Assembly (NCBI GenBank): GCA_964106915.2
Contig: OZ066917.1
Reading direction: 5' to 3' (one strand)
DNA from: Podarcis gaigeae
Lineage: Eukaryota
DNA: 64,000 nucleotides
Shown here: piece by piece, positions 47,350-60,070 of the stretch
How positions within the stretch are numbered: the first letter of the stretch is position 1
How the letters are laid out: the number at the start of each line of letters is the position of its first letter
Made by a program: the position numbers and the translations under genes
Notes under the pieces: model-generated
What the model saw: only the letters and a program-made list of their open reading frames with translations
Told to the model about the DNA's origin: nothing
Database searches by the model: none

Positions 47350-48045
47350 ATGCACAGAACATAACTTCACTATGGAATTTGTTGCAAAAAGATGTGGTGA
47401 TGGCCACCAACTTAGAAAGCCTTAAGAGGGCGGCTTACACAAAGTCATGGCGCATCATGCTGGCTTCTAGTCATGAGGCCTACATATTTCATCCTTGAGC
47501 ATCAGGAGGATGCACACGCCCTGCACTTTCAAAGGCATTGGTTTCTGGAAGATGAAAACTAAGTAACTTACATTATAGATGATTATTAGAGCAGGTAATA
47601 GACAAAGTCATGGAGCATAAGACCATTGATGTCTACTATTCATATTTGCGATCTAAGTGGCAGAGTGCTTCTGAATACTAGTTGCTTACAATAGCAGCCA
47701 GCAGGATGGCACAGCCAAGACTGTGCTGCTCTCCTGGCTTCCCAATGCCGTGCATTTCTGGCAGTTGCCAGCTATGCCATTTCTCCTCTTGCAGCGGAGA
47801 GTTCAGCATGCTATGCCTGCACTGTCCCCAATGCCTTGCCCATCCTCCTCTCAATGACTAGCAGTGACATGGTGTTGGGAAGCCAGGAGGCCCCACTTGT
47901 TCACCCAATGGCTGGAGCACAACAGTGAGAGAGGGCTGTTGCACTCATGCCCTGTTTGTAGGCATCTCTTTCACTACTGTAGGAAATGGTATGCTGGCCT
48001 ATAAGTTTCTGGTTTAATCCAGTAGGTCTCTTCTTATGTCCTATA
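47350..48045 (+). mobile_element. Degraded, interrupted CR1 3' end
   Basis: LWNLLQKDVVMATNLESLKR (CR1 ORF2 end) and terminal atccagtaggtctcttcttatgtcctat. Confidence 0.65.
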
Positions 48046-49535
48046 ACCCTAATAGATACCAACCATCCTGTCTAATGTAGAAAGAGGAAACAACGGGGCC
48101 TGAGGATTTCCTCCGTGGGGCAATCCAAACCAAGCAACTAATCAGGCTTATTCAGAGCTCCCGTGGTGGAAAACTATGGTGTGAATCACCTTTCTAATAG
48201 ACTTTCCTCACTTTTTTGGTGAAAACCACTGACTCCAAATTTCTGGGAATATCTTTGTACTCTGAAATTAAAAGTTTAAGAAGCCACTAGACATCGGTAC
48301 TATGCTGCCTAAATCAGCTACTGAGAACACCCTTTATGAAATGAATGACAAGCTTTTAACAAATACAGCTATATTTTGACACCAGACAAATTAGTGTCCA
48401 TAACAGACGTCTTAACATCTAGAAACATTCAAAATGTAGCAATTACATTTGTCATATCCTAATTGCATTATTGCCTCAAAATGAGCCATCTATTTTCCTT
48501 CTGAGAACATTTTCAAAGCAGACCATTGAGCAATTTCTCTGCTTTATGAATAATCGGTCCTTCAAGTTTGCCTCCAGTGTGAGGTCAAAGCTGTTTTTAT
48601 GCACTCTGAACAGCTGAATTTCTCTCTGCTTATGTAATTCAGATGTCGGCCTGCCTGAAATACTTCATCACAATTCTGACTGCCAAGAGAGGCAGCAAGT
48701 GGTTCTAGCAATATATAATGTAACATAAAGTGACTGAAAATGGCATTTCCCCCATCTTTTATTTGAAATGACTATTATGTGTTGGCTAAACAGAATTAAA
48801 TAATAACCTAACTGTAGTATTATGAAATGCTTAATGACTGAATTTTGTTTAATGGCGGGTTGCTATATTACAATGAATAATGTCTGAATATTGGTCGTGC
48901 TTTAAAGGAACACATACAGTCAGTCAACATAGCTTTTCTTGCTAAAGAGGTGTAATCCACTACAATTATTGAAGGATGAGATTCCCCAAACTTGCTCTGA
49001 TTGCTCTTGTTTAGCAACCAGCTGAAATTACTGATTAAGCTCCTAGTCATCTGAGCAGAAGATCTCTAACAATAAATTACAGAGTTCATGGTCTGCTGCT
49101 TGTTTTGCCTATTATTATTATTCACTTGTAGCAGGGATGTTCTGGCAGAGAATTTCAACCTCTTGCAGAGGGGCTTGCCATCTTGTCTTACTTTACTGAG
49201 TAGGAATCTGCCCTAGTCAGATTCCAAAACCTTCTCATCTGATTAGGGTGGATCATGATCTGGATCAGATCAATGGCCCACTTCAGAATCTGCAATGTGG
49301 CAGATTCATTTATAAGGTGATCAGAAGGTTGTGCTCTGAGAGGCAACCCCCCCCACACCCCAAATTCTTTTTAAATGTGTGTCCACGTGAGTGGCTAGCA
49401 ACATGGGGACAGCCATACAATTCCCTCTGGTGGTGGCGGCATCTGTATTGGAATTGTTTTTAGATGTTGTAATTGTTTTGTGTTTTGTGTGTCTGCTGCC
49501 ATTCCCTTGGAAAGAAGAACGGGATATAAATTTAA

Positions 49536-49570
49536 TCAGTCAGTCAGTCAGTCAGTCAGTCAGTCAGTCA
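49536..49570. repeat. (CAGT)n microsatellite following an L2-type tail
   Basis: Direct reading. Preceded by gaagaacgggatataaatttaat. Confidence 0.9.
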
Positions 49571-51521
49571 CTAAGTCCTGTTACTCCCAGGGGAGATGCT
49601 CTAAACGCATTGGCAGTGTGCATGTGCTGAATGCAGAGCAGGTAGGTTTGGATTGCTCTGTAAATGATATGAGGAGATTTATAAGTTAAAATTTTGATAC
49701 TTGAAATCTTGATAATTGATATGTTGACATGTTTTAACTTACTCTTGCATTGTCTTGGTGGTCCTTTGCAATTTATTTTTTAATGGTCATTAGTCACAGA
49801 TGATAAAAATCTGTCTTTCCGAATACTCATCGTCACTGCTATAATCATGGGAATCACTACAAAGCGTGCTTCAGACACTTCGCATCACCGATATACCCAT
49901 ATGGTTTCACCTCTAGTTCAGAATACAATCGTATTTGAGCAGAAATGAACAATCCAATGTTGAATGTGCATTACATTCAATATTTGGAACTATATACGTA
50001 TATGTGGGCTCTGCACATACTTTCTGTAAATATCTAATTCCCAAAATGGCTAAACTAAACCTCCTCCAGAACTATGTTAATACTGCTTTTCATAGAATAA
50101 TGATCCTTAGGTTCCTGACTTCCTTGGGTAAGTATGATGTACTTAAAAAACAACACACAAATTGGCAGTAAAACATTTTGAGCTATTTGAATGGCTTCAG
50201 TCTTGTCAGTCAAGGCAAAAGAGGATAACTTTTGGTGCTACACATTGTATACCGTGGATGATCAATTTCCCTAAATCTTTCTATTTTGACCCCTATTTCC
50301 ATTCACTTACAATTGGGCCCAGATGTTCCTATTTTTAAGTCTTTTAGACGAGGCTTGGAGCCTGTTTCTGATAGCAGAGGCAGCTATTAGGCATCTAAAT
50401 TTGACAGTGATTGACATTAGTAACAAGTACATTGCTTGTTTTTACGGCAGAAATCTTCATTTTAAATATGTTTTCAGTGATACCTGGAAGTGCACCAGGA
50501 CCGCAGGTTATCCCTAAACTACAGTTAAAGATCCACTTTTCCTTAGGGAGCTATAGTTCTAACATCACTCAAACGATGAAGAACTGTGCTAACTTTGAAT
50601 TTGGAATGAACTAAAGAAACGTTAAATAATATTTATGAGATTTTTTAATCAGTTTTCAATGGGCAGGTTTTTCTTGTGTTCAGCACTTGGGGTCAACTCC
50701 AAGTTTTGGAAAGGACTTGTATGAAATGCTGTCTGTGGGCCCACCTCCCCCTTGTTACTATCACAACTGCCCATTACCTTGCCCTCTCCTGTGGGCTCAG
50801 TCCATTCAGCTGCCCATGGGAGGGGGTGTGTGGAGTGTGAATAGAGTGCTGCTACCACTGTTTGTTGCTGTCACCTGCTAAGGTCCATGCTAGAGTAGGG
50901 ACCACATTGCTGACTCCCGGAGCCTCTGCTGCAACATGAATCCTAGAAGGTGCCCAACAATCCACCTGGTGCTGGCCTTGTAAATATTCCTAATTGCTCG
51001 ATAGATGCCATTCTTAAATACTTTGTTCCTGTGTAGAGAAATGTATTAGTTGTCAAGTATTCTGCAGGGAATTTTTAAATGTGTTCTGGGAATGAACCAA
51101 AATTTTCTGTTTTGCATGCCAAACCAGCTGCATTGATCATCTTAATAAACAAGTGCTATTTTCTTCCCTCTTAAATTTTCTTACAGACTCGAACTGTCCC
51201 TCCAAACACAACAGGAAGGGAGTCAGACATCTTTTGGCTTTTTGCTGCTCATTCAGATTGCATTAGGTTTTCACAATTTTTCCATAAGAACTTCCTTGTG
51301 GAAGGTGGGGAGAAATATTTTCCTCTCCTGTTTCTTAGAATCAAAAACATGCTTGTTACCTGGAAAACAGTTTGGAAGGGCTTAACCAAGACCACAATTG
51401 TAATCATATGGTCAACCAGTGGCCTTTTAAAGAGTTCCACCTATTTTTCTCTTTCACCAAAACTGAGTGTGGGGATTCACCAGTCAATATTTAAAGATTT
51501 GTTAGTTTACTAAATGGTATA

Positions 51522-51768
51522 CAGTGGTACCTCGGGTTACAGACGCTTCAGGTTACAGATGCTTCAGGTTACAGACGCTTCAGGTTACAGACTCCGCTAA
51601 CCCAGAAATAGTACCTCAGGTTAAGAACTTTGCTTCAGGATGAGAACAGAAATCATGCGGCGGCTGCGGGAGGCCCCATTAGCTAAAGTGGTAGCTCAGG
51701 TTAAGAACAGTTTCAGGTTAAGAACAGACCTCCAGAACGAATTAAGTTCTTAACCCGAGGTACCACTG
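51522..51768 (-). mobile_element. Tigger/pogo-like MITE, inverted copy of 9135-9349
   Basis: TA|cagtggtacctcgggtta ... taacccgaggtaccactg|TA. Three tandem 16-mers ggttacaga(c/t)gcttca. Confidence 0.93.
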
Positions 51769-53724
51769 TAATCTCATTTGTCCAACATAAGGGAATTTTT
51801 CCTTTTCTTTTAAAAAAGATTCTCACTAAATGGGGTTTTCTACATAAACTGAACAGTGTCTATCGATTTATTCTCCTTTTATATTGATCACAAAACATAA
51901 AGAGCAGATCCGATGAACAGGTGGGTGGTTTACTATATTTCTCCTTCAGTACACAAAAACAAGTAGGCGAATTGCAATTAGCATCTTCCTAGCCTGACAT
52001 TGCATTAATAAGTGCTGATGCAAAGTTATCATCTCATATTGATGCAGTCAAATGGAAAGGAGATACAAGGTCATGAAATGGAGATGGAAATCACAATCTC
52101 AATGCAACAGCACAAAACCAACCTCACCAGGTGACTTACCAGCCTTATCAGCTTCTTAGGATGCTACCTCACATCAAGCCAGACCACTGGTCCCTCTCAC
52201 TTAGTCTAGCCTACAGTGACTGGCAGTGGTTGCCATGAACCAGGGCTAGGAAACATTGCAGTGCACCAGACTCAAATAAGGATGGGGTTTGGGCTACTTT
52301 CTCACAGAGAAAACCTCCAGTACTTCCAATAGGACGGCACAGTCCTGCAGCCATATTCTTGACCGTTTCCTCTGCAGTATCTCTTTCACTCCAGCCTTGA
52401 AGGGGCCAAAGGATACAAAATAAAATGAGGGCGATTTAACCCACAAACCAACTCCTCCTGGGAGGTGAAGCTCATTGCATTTCAGGCCATGTCAGCCTAC
52501 ATAAGGCTGCAGTTGGATCTAGTCCCCTGAAGAGATAACCTCTCTTATATGTGACTTAGCATGGACCATTGGAGTTGGCCAAGGTCCTGTAAGCTGTTTG
52601 ACTCCGTCTTGTGTTCCAGCTGTCTGTGTCCCATGTTGAGCCTCAAGAGCCCACAGAACTAGAGAGCAGCACTCCAGCATGTGCTTTGCCATTTGCCCTT
52701 CAAAGCTCCCCCCCCCCTCAAAGACTTGAAGCATTTTCCATGCAATGCTGGCTGTCCTCAGTAGTGACAGTTGCAGCCAGAAGATACTCTGTGCAGGCCA
52801 AACCTGCATTGGTTTCTATCAGTACCCAGTGTGGAGTGCAGAGCAGGAAAGGGGACATTCTAGGAATACAAAGAGGACTGGAAACTCAAGTTGAAAAAAC
52901 CAATTGGACACCACAGTTCATTCACTGTGAGACTTTGGGGCATAGATTGAGTGCCAGTGCTACATCTAAATTGTTTCAGTCATTAACAAACTAAGCAGGG
53001 CGATCAACTGAGGTGCGATTGTATCAGACAGTCTGAAGTAATCCCAGACCCTTCAATCAAAACCAGCTGCTCTGCAATGCAGCTGCTGTCCAGCTTCTGT
53101 TGCAATCACTAAGCACTCTTATTGACTCAAGCAATGAGGAAGCAGCAATTTGAAAGCCCCGCTTAAGAAATCCTGGTTATAACTTGGGAACTTTGACACA
53201 TGCAGTAGGAAAGAAATGATTAAGAAATGATGATGGGTTGTTTTAAGGATTTCCAAAGTGAAGAAAGAAATTAAGTCACCAGCGAGAAAGGGAAAAACAA
53301 TCATGACCACCTAGTGCTGATGAAGGCCCAGACACCTGCCTTTAATTGAGTGCTTGCAGAAAAACAGTAAAAGCCTGGTCTTTAATTCGTAATGAGGTTT
53401 GACTGGCCTTGACATAAGCTGTGAGAATGGCTGTGGGGGCCATTTGTCAAAAAGGAACAAGGATGTTCTGTTCTGCAGTTTTGTGCTGAAATCTGGTGTG
53501 TGGAACTAAAGGAAGGGCTAACATGGCCTAGGATTTGATTTTTGACATACTACGTCACAAACTCACAGCCATGTTGCCTCCAGTGCCGCAGAGAGAACTG
53601 TACTAGCACAACCCACGGCATACTCAGATTGGTGTTGTATAGGAAGAGTCGTAGCCTGTGTAGATGCTACCTATTACATTATCACAGATATGAATGCTAC
53701 CACTAAATGATGAAGCACAATAGC

Positions 53725-53800
53725 ATCTCCCCCTCCTGTCATTTTCAGCAAATGGTATTCAGAAGAGTTGTTGCCTCCAACTGTGGAGGCAGAGTATAGT
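53725..53800 (-). mobile_element. CR1 3' UTR remnant
   Basis: ttcagcaaatggtattcagaag...gcctccaactgtggaggcagagtatag, similar to 2830-2885. Confidence 0.55.
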
Positions 53801-55864
53801 TTAGGAGGTACTGGAGTGTTTGAGTTTTTGATTATTGATGGTTTTGGACATGATTCTGGCTCTGTTCCCCTGAATCAGAGGTTCCAGCTTCTAGTCCCCA
53901 CCCAACGAACATGTTACATCATTTTAGATTTTTTAAAAAAAGGGTTAGCCTATTTCATTTCAGGTTGCTAAAGGATATATTTCCATAAGGCAGTTACCCT
54001 TTTCCTATTGTTTTATTTTTCAAAAGCCACTGCTCCTCAATTTGTTTTTCAAGTTGTCAGTGCATTAAAAGCTCAAACGGGTCTTTCATCACACTTCCTA
54101 TTATTCAAAAGTAATCTTTATACCATGCTTCCATTGACATTATTAATATTAATGATCAAAAGCTCAGTATAAAGAGAGAGGTGCCTTCAAACAAGCGCCA
54201 GTGAAGCGTACAAATGAAATCTGTTTTGAAGGGCTCTTCAGAATCCTTTCATTTCATTTATCTATTTATTTGTGCAATAGTGCATGACAATTCCTGTTTT
54301 ACGTTAAGTGCAGTGAGGGGAGGGAAGCCTCGGAAGGAAGACAACTAGTCTTTGCCATCAGGTTGACAAAGACTGTTCATCTTGAAGTATCTGGTGTGAG
54401 TTTTCAGAGTCTCTTATACCAACTATTTTTGTAGAGGCCTATTCAAAAGCTTTCAAACATATTTTTTTTTGAAATGGCGAGTGGCCTGATTCTATTTACT
54501 TGTCATTTTACAGCGTGGGGGGAAGCATGGTACAAAATGGGTTGGGGGTTATTTTTCTGGAGTTTTGAATGACACATCCTAGAACTTTTATATACTGGAT
54601 CTAGGAAGCGGCCTGCCTTGCAACATTCTGTAAACCCCTTTTACAATCGAGTGTATAAATTTTATGAAATAAATCACATGTCTCATACTGTATCTGGGGC
54701 TCTAGGCATCATGGAGGACAGGTTCCAAAAAGATCCCCACTGCTACCAGATAAATCCATGGCCAAATAAACCATAGGTGAGCGAGAGGGACAAACAGGTA
54801 TGTTCAGCAGCAGCAGTGCTAGAGAAATTGTCTTTCAGCACCGGAGAGTGCTGGGTGCTGATGCCAGTCCTGCCTTCAGTGGCAAAAGGCATGGCATCTG
54901 GCCAGTCCTGGGTCTGAGCCATTTTGTGATGGTCCATATAGTGAACAAAGTCTCCTTCTTTGGAGAATGATTGCAAGAATGTTCACACTGCTAGACAGTT
55001 GGGATGCTTAGGAGAGTTGCACTTAAAATATCTGCAAAGGGGGGTAAACATGTTAACAGAAATGTAAGTTTATTTGATTGAAATGTACATAGGTTTATAT
55101 TCATCCAGAGTTGAGGTCAAATTACCAAACACCACTACTCATATTGTACATCTAATTATCACTTTCAGCAATAAAAAATATTATCCTGCCCAACATGAAC
55201 ATCTAAAAATTATATCATGAGTTAAGGCGAAGAGACGTTTATGACTATTGTGCCACTAGAAGAAGAAAGGGGGGTCACAAGGGTTATTTATTTAACGTGA
55301 GTTTTTGAACAGATGGTGGCTTCTGTCTGTATTATGTTGGATCAACTCTACAGTTATTTTTATACAGGATTTTTTTTTATTACTCTCTGTTTCACCATTC
55401 AGGTCTCTTAATGAGTGTTTCCTTTTTAACTGCAAATAAAGCCTCTCTTTTCAGAGATTAGATTAGCATCCAGTGACCCTCCTTTGTTAGCACCATCTGT
55501 CTAACAAAAGAAGAAGAAGAAGGTTCTGGTAGCTAGGGCTATAAACCAAGGGAGTCACTAGGACCTTCTGACTACCCATTTACAATTGTCATTAAGCTAA
55601 GCAGCCTTTAAATCATTTTGGCATTGCAGACAGCAATTTTGGTCTTTTCTCCCCATCCAAACAGCATTAAGCCAGGATCTGATCAAAGAACAGTTTCCAA
55701 AGCTTAAAAGACTTGAAATGAACTTCCCTTGTTACAAAAGTGCCGGCAAATAGAGAATCCCTTTATTAACAAATAAACATCAAAGGGCCGCTGAATCCAT
55801 GTTGCAGCAAATGAGTGATGGTAAAGCAAACTAAATATGAATTACGGGTAACTGCAAGAGATTT

Positions 55865-56030
55865 GGGTTGCACTAACCTTTATACCACACTCTTTGCTTC
55901 CCCCAATGAACCCTTGGAAGGTTAATCTACCCCTCACAGAGCTATGATTCCCAGCACCCTTAACCAACTAAAATTCCCATGATTCTTTGGGTGCAGCTGT
56001 GCACTTTAAATGTATCATCTGGGTGTGACC
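55865..56030. mobile_element. Degraded palindromic MITE
   Basis: acccctcacagagctatgattcccagcacccttaac...ttcccatgattctttggg, recognised as a common squamate non-autonomous DNA element. Confidence 0.5.
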
Positions 56031-57481
56031 AGAGAAACCAGAAAAAGACTAAGTCTGCAATTTTATATATACCTCCCAGTGACAATTCCATTGAACTCAC
56101 TGTGGCTTACTTCTGAATAATCTTGCATTACAATAGCACAATTAAACAATGATTCACTTTTCTTTTTATCATAACTTTTCTCCTCTGGAGCACAGAAAAA
56201 AACAGTTAAAATCAGTAATGAAATTATTGTGGGATAGAATCACAACAGCGAATGTTCTTCATCGACTGTGGATACAGTTGGTGTGTGGAGGGAGATCAGA
56301 GTTGCCACAAATCCTTTATTGATCACATCTTGTTTGCATGTGCAAATGGATGCATGTATATAAATGTCTGTACATGATTAAAATCATTTATATCTTGCTT
56401 TTCCTCCTTAAGGAGGTCAGAATAGTATATAGTGTACAATAAAAATAATCTGTCAGTCAAGAGATTTGCCATTGTGTGTCTGGATGTTCTTCAAATGCAA
56501 CCCCATATAGAACATATTAGAGTAAGTAAAATGTTGATGTAACTTAGGCATGGAACATCTCTATTCTCAGAAGCAGGCACAGCAGGTGTATATACTTAAC
56601 CTTGGCAAAAGCATTCCTGGACACACCTACTAGCTAGGAATCCAGGAACAAGGCAGAATTCAGCAACTGCCCATCTAATTTTTCAAGGGGAATGCAACCC
56701 CATCCAAAACATTGAGCTGGTCTAGTGTTATGTCCACTTTGTGGCGTACATGGATCACAGCACTGTTGTCTCCATGTTGGAAGGTGATGGGCTATAATAC
56801 AATAATGAGTTTGTGGTCTATTGAAGCTAATGCAGTACTGCTACCAGCTAATTTGCAGTGGCATATATGGAGATGGAGAAAATAAAGATAAAATATGATC
56901 TCCCCACTAGCAGCTCCATTTGTATTTGCAGAGGTTGTTAAGGACACGCAAGGATGTTGCTGACAAAAAGGAAACAGTTGATGATGCTTAACTTTATCTC
57001 CACTCCTTTAAGGAATAACAGGCAAAACACAGCTCATCTGGCTTTAAAAATGAACAGCCAGCCAATTGCTCTGACATATTTCAAAACATTTTTGTTGTGC
57101 ACAAAAGGCAGGAACATGGAACATCACAGTGACCAAACATGCCAGGGAATTGTTCAGTAATCCACACACTCCTACATAATTGCATAATTCACAATTATGT
57201 GGCTGGTCCAGATGCTCTGGATGTTTAATTCTCCAGGCTCAAAAAGCAAAAACTTGTGTGGGTAGGTGGGAATCTTGGAAGCAATAAGTCTTTATAGCCT
57301 TGTCCTACGAAGCTAGTAAACATTGCTGGGTCAATGACTACTTTCCATTAGCTACAGAGGGCTACAATTACATGGAAGTGCTGTTGGATGAAGTAATTCC
57401 ATTTTAGGAGGTAGGGGAAATATAACATGGTTCAAAGAGAAGAATAAATGGATTAGTAAAACATGACATGTGATGCCTTTT

Positions 57482-58052
57482 TAGCACTGGCCTAAGGCAT
57501 TTTGCCACCTGAGGCACAGGACCAATAGTGCCCTAAGCCATATTCCATGTACAGCAGCTAACCAGGCAGACAGTTGAATCATACTTCAACACTGGTGATA
57601 GGATTCTCTACTGAACTTGAAGGTACCAGGCTAGCCTGGGCAGTGAAAGACAGGCCACATGGCACACACAATTCTGTCTTCCAACAGAAGAGAGCAGCCA
57701 CTGGTAGTGCTGCCGGTAGTGATCAGTGATGTAATATTGCTCACCTGGTTTCCCCACATGGAGCATAGATGCTGTTTGTCAAGAGGAGCAGGAGTGGGAG
57801 GAAGAGGAGTTTTGTTGTGCAACCACAGTGGTGGGAGCATTGGATGGGCTCCCCTGTCATACCCACACCATGTTGAGCTCCCTGCAAGTTTGCCCATCCC
57901 CTCTTGACAAACAGCAGCAACATTCAGCATTAGGAAGCCAGGTGAGCCAAACCTCCCCATCCACACTGCCCCACTGACCTCTACTGGCTGCCACCATTAC
58001 CTTCCATACCTTCTTGCATCTTTAAATGTGCCCAATGGTAGGGCTGGCCCTG
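57482..58052. mobile_element. Old hAT-like element, same family as 27960-28236
   Basis: Left end ctggcctaaggcattttgccacctgaggc, right end aatggtagggctggccctg. TSD not preserved. Confidence 0.45.
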
Positions 58053-58194
58053 GAAATTTGGAACAGTAGTGAGTGAAATATGGGAAATAAAAGCAAGACT
58101 TCTCAAGTAGCTTATCTTCATATTACTGGGCAATAAGCAAGACATTTTTGACTTGACTAGGAAAGGTTAACCATTCCTGCATTACAGGGCTTAG

Positions 58195-58457
58195 AAGTAG
58201 TGGCTGAGGCACATTGAGGCTGGTAGGGCAGAAGACAGGGAGATTGAAATTAGGCGGCGCAAGAGCCAATGGCAGGCAGAACCATCGAACTCTAACCAAC
58301 TAGTTCTTTTTGTTCCTGTCTTCCTTTCTGCTGAATTCTACAAGGTCGACACTGAAACCATGCCAAAGCTACCTTCTGGACAGGAGGGCTTGGAGGAATC
58401 AAGACTGAAGATTATGGGGACAATACCATATTTGCCCTAATGGACTAGCCTCCACTG
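58195..58457. mobile_element. Old hAT MITE
   Basis: Ends aagtagtggctg / ctagcctccactg. Flanks gggcttag / ggactcag match 6/8, differing by transitions only. Confidence 0.6.
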
Positions 58458-59518
58458 GGACTCAGAGTAACACCTGCCTCATTCAAACCTATGGTAGTGA
58501 AGGGGCTGTGATAACTGAAAAGTGAACATTTGTCTTGAAATTCAAGTGCTCAACGACTTAATTAATCTACACCACTGAATTTGCATATAGTGACAGTAGG
58601 TTGAGTAGATCCATGCAGAGTTCAGTGTACGGCAAAACACTTGGGTGACTGGTTCCTCATGCTCCCTCCTCACAGTTCATTCTACATTTATCACTCCATT
58701 GCTAAGCTGCTAGAAGTGAATTGGGCTATGAAGCAGTAAATGTAGGTTAAGCTGAGTGAGGCATTCTGTGGTCACAGGATCATTTCCCTCAAATTATGCA
58801 CAAATGCCCTAATATAGGCAGCTCGGTCTTGGCAGGTGTTGAAGCCACTGATCAGTTTCTTCCATTCCATCACCAGGATTGGGAGTACTAAATAGCATTT
58901 AGGATGAATCCTTAAAGCTTAATTCTGAAACACGATCCAGATTACTGAGTTGCATAATTTCCATCTCTTTCCCTTGGAAATGTGGATATACCCACCAGAT
59001 TGCAGAAGGGAGTCTTAAGGTCATAACAGAAATAAAAATAAGTTCTAACAAAGGCATATAAAAGGAATAGCACGTGTTAACTAAATTATTTCAAACACAG
59101 ACGTCTCAGTCCCTAGACCACAAAGCAAATGTCTCTTTTTAGATACGGATTTGAAGAGTCTGAAAATAAAGCCTTTGTTTCTTTGAGAAGAAAAGCATTC
59201 CACTGAAACTCTGTCAAACGTCTTACATTTCTGGCAGCACGTTTTGGAAAAGACAGGTGAAAAGTGAAGTGCAGTTTTTTCCATTGCTCCAGAACGTTTT
59301 TACTTGATCCAATGTCCTGTGAAAAGTTTTATGAAGTTTTATCTAAGGCAAAATGACTGTTCAATTTAACACAAAAGCAAAACAATATTAGATGTTCATA
59401 TGCTGACTTAGTAGTATTTGTTTTATTTGCATAGTATTAAACTGGAAAAAACACAAAACAAAACAAAAACAGTTATAGCAAACTGCACAATAAAAACTGC
59501 CTGAGAGGGTGGCTGATG

Positions 59519-59686
59519 CAGTGGCATAGAGTGGGGGGTGCAGGGGGGGCAGCTGCACCGGGCGCAACATCTGGGGGTTAGGGTTAGGGTGCGCAAATCC
59601 ATGGGTTAGGGGGCGCAAATCCACGAGTTAAGGGGTGCAAATTACTTGACTTGCCCCGGGTGCTGACAACCCACACTACACCACTG
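59519..59686. mobile_element. hAT MITE (168 bp) containing TTAGGG motifs
   Basis: TIR cagtggcatag / ctacaccactg (9/11). Perfect 8-bp TSD ggctgatg (59511-59518 / 59687-59694). Confidence 0.9.
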
Positions 59687-60011
59687 GGCTGATGTGCCCT
59701 GTGCCACCACTCACACAGTGTTTTTGCCACTCTTGCCACCACTCTGCTCTGCCCCATACTGGTCCCAGCAAGTGCCAGCATCATGGCAGCCAGGGGGGCA
59801 GAGCAGAGCCCCACTTCACATACTGTGCATCTCCCAATCAACATGCAGAGACGAGAGTCTGTGGGTGGAGGCTTCTCCAGTGTGGCAACTGTCATTTTTC
59901 CACTGACACTGATCGTCAGCTGGTGAGCTCAAAAACAGAGTATGTTGGGGACAATCCTAGTGGATGCATTGGATCTGCAGGATCTTGTTTTATTTTGTGG
60001 GATCAGTTACT

Positions 60012-60070
60012 TTCTTCTTCTTCTTCTTCTTCTTCTTCTTCTTCTTCTTCTTCTTCTTCTTCTTCTTCTT
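60012..60070. repeat. (TTC)n microsatellite, about 19 units
   Basis: Direct reading. It produces the poly-S/L/F/R ORFs. Confidence 0.95.

Noticed and set aside
49795-49950. CpG-containing stretch after cacag as a possible coding exon
   Set aside because: The one open frame gives an unrecognisable peptide, and the acceptor lacks a good pyrimidine tract.
59143-59256. Apparent exon (tctttttag ... ag/gtgaaa)
   Set aside because: Stop codons in all three frames and a weak donor.
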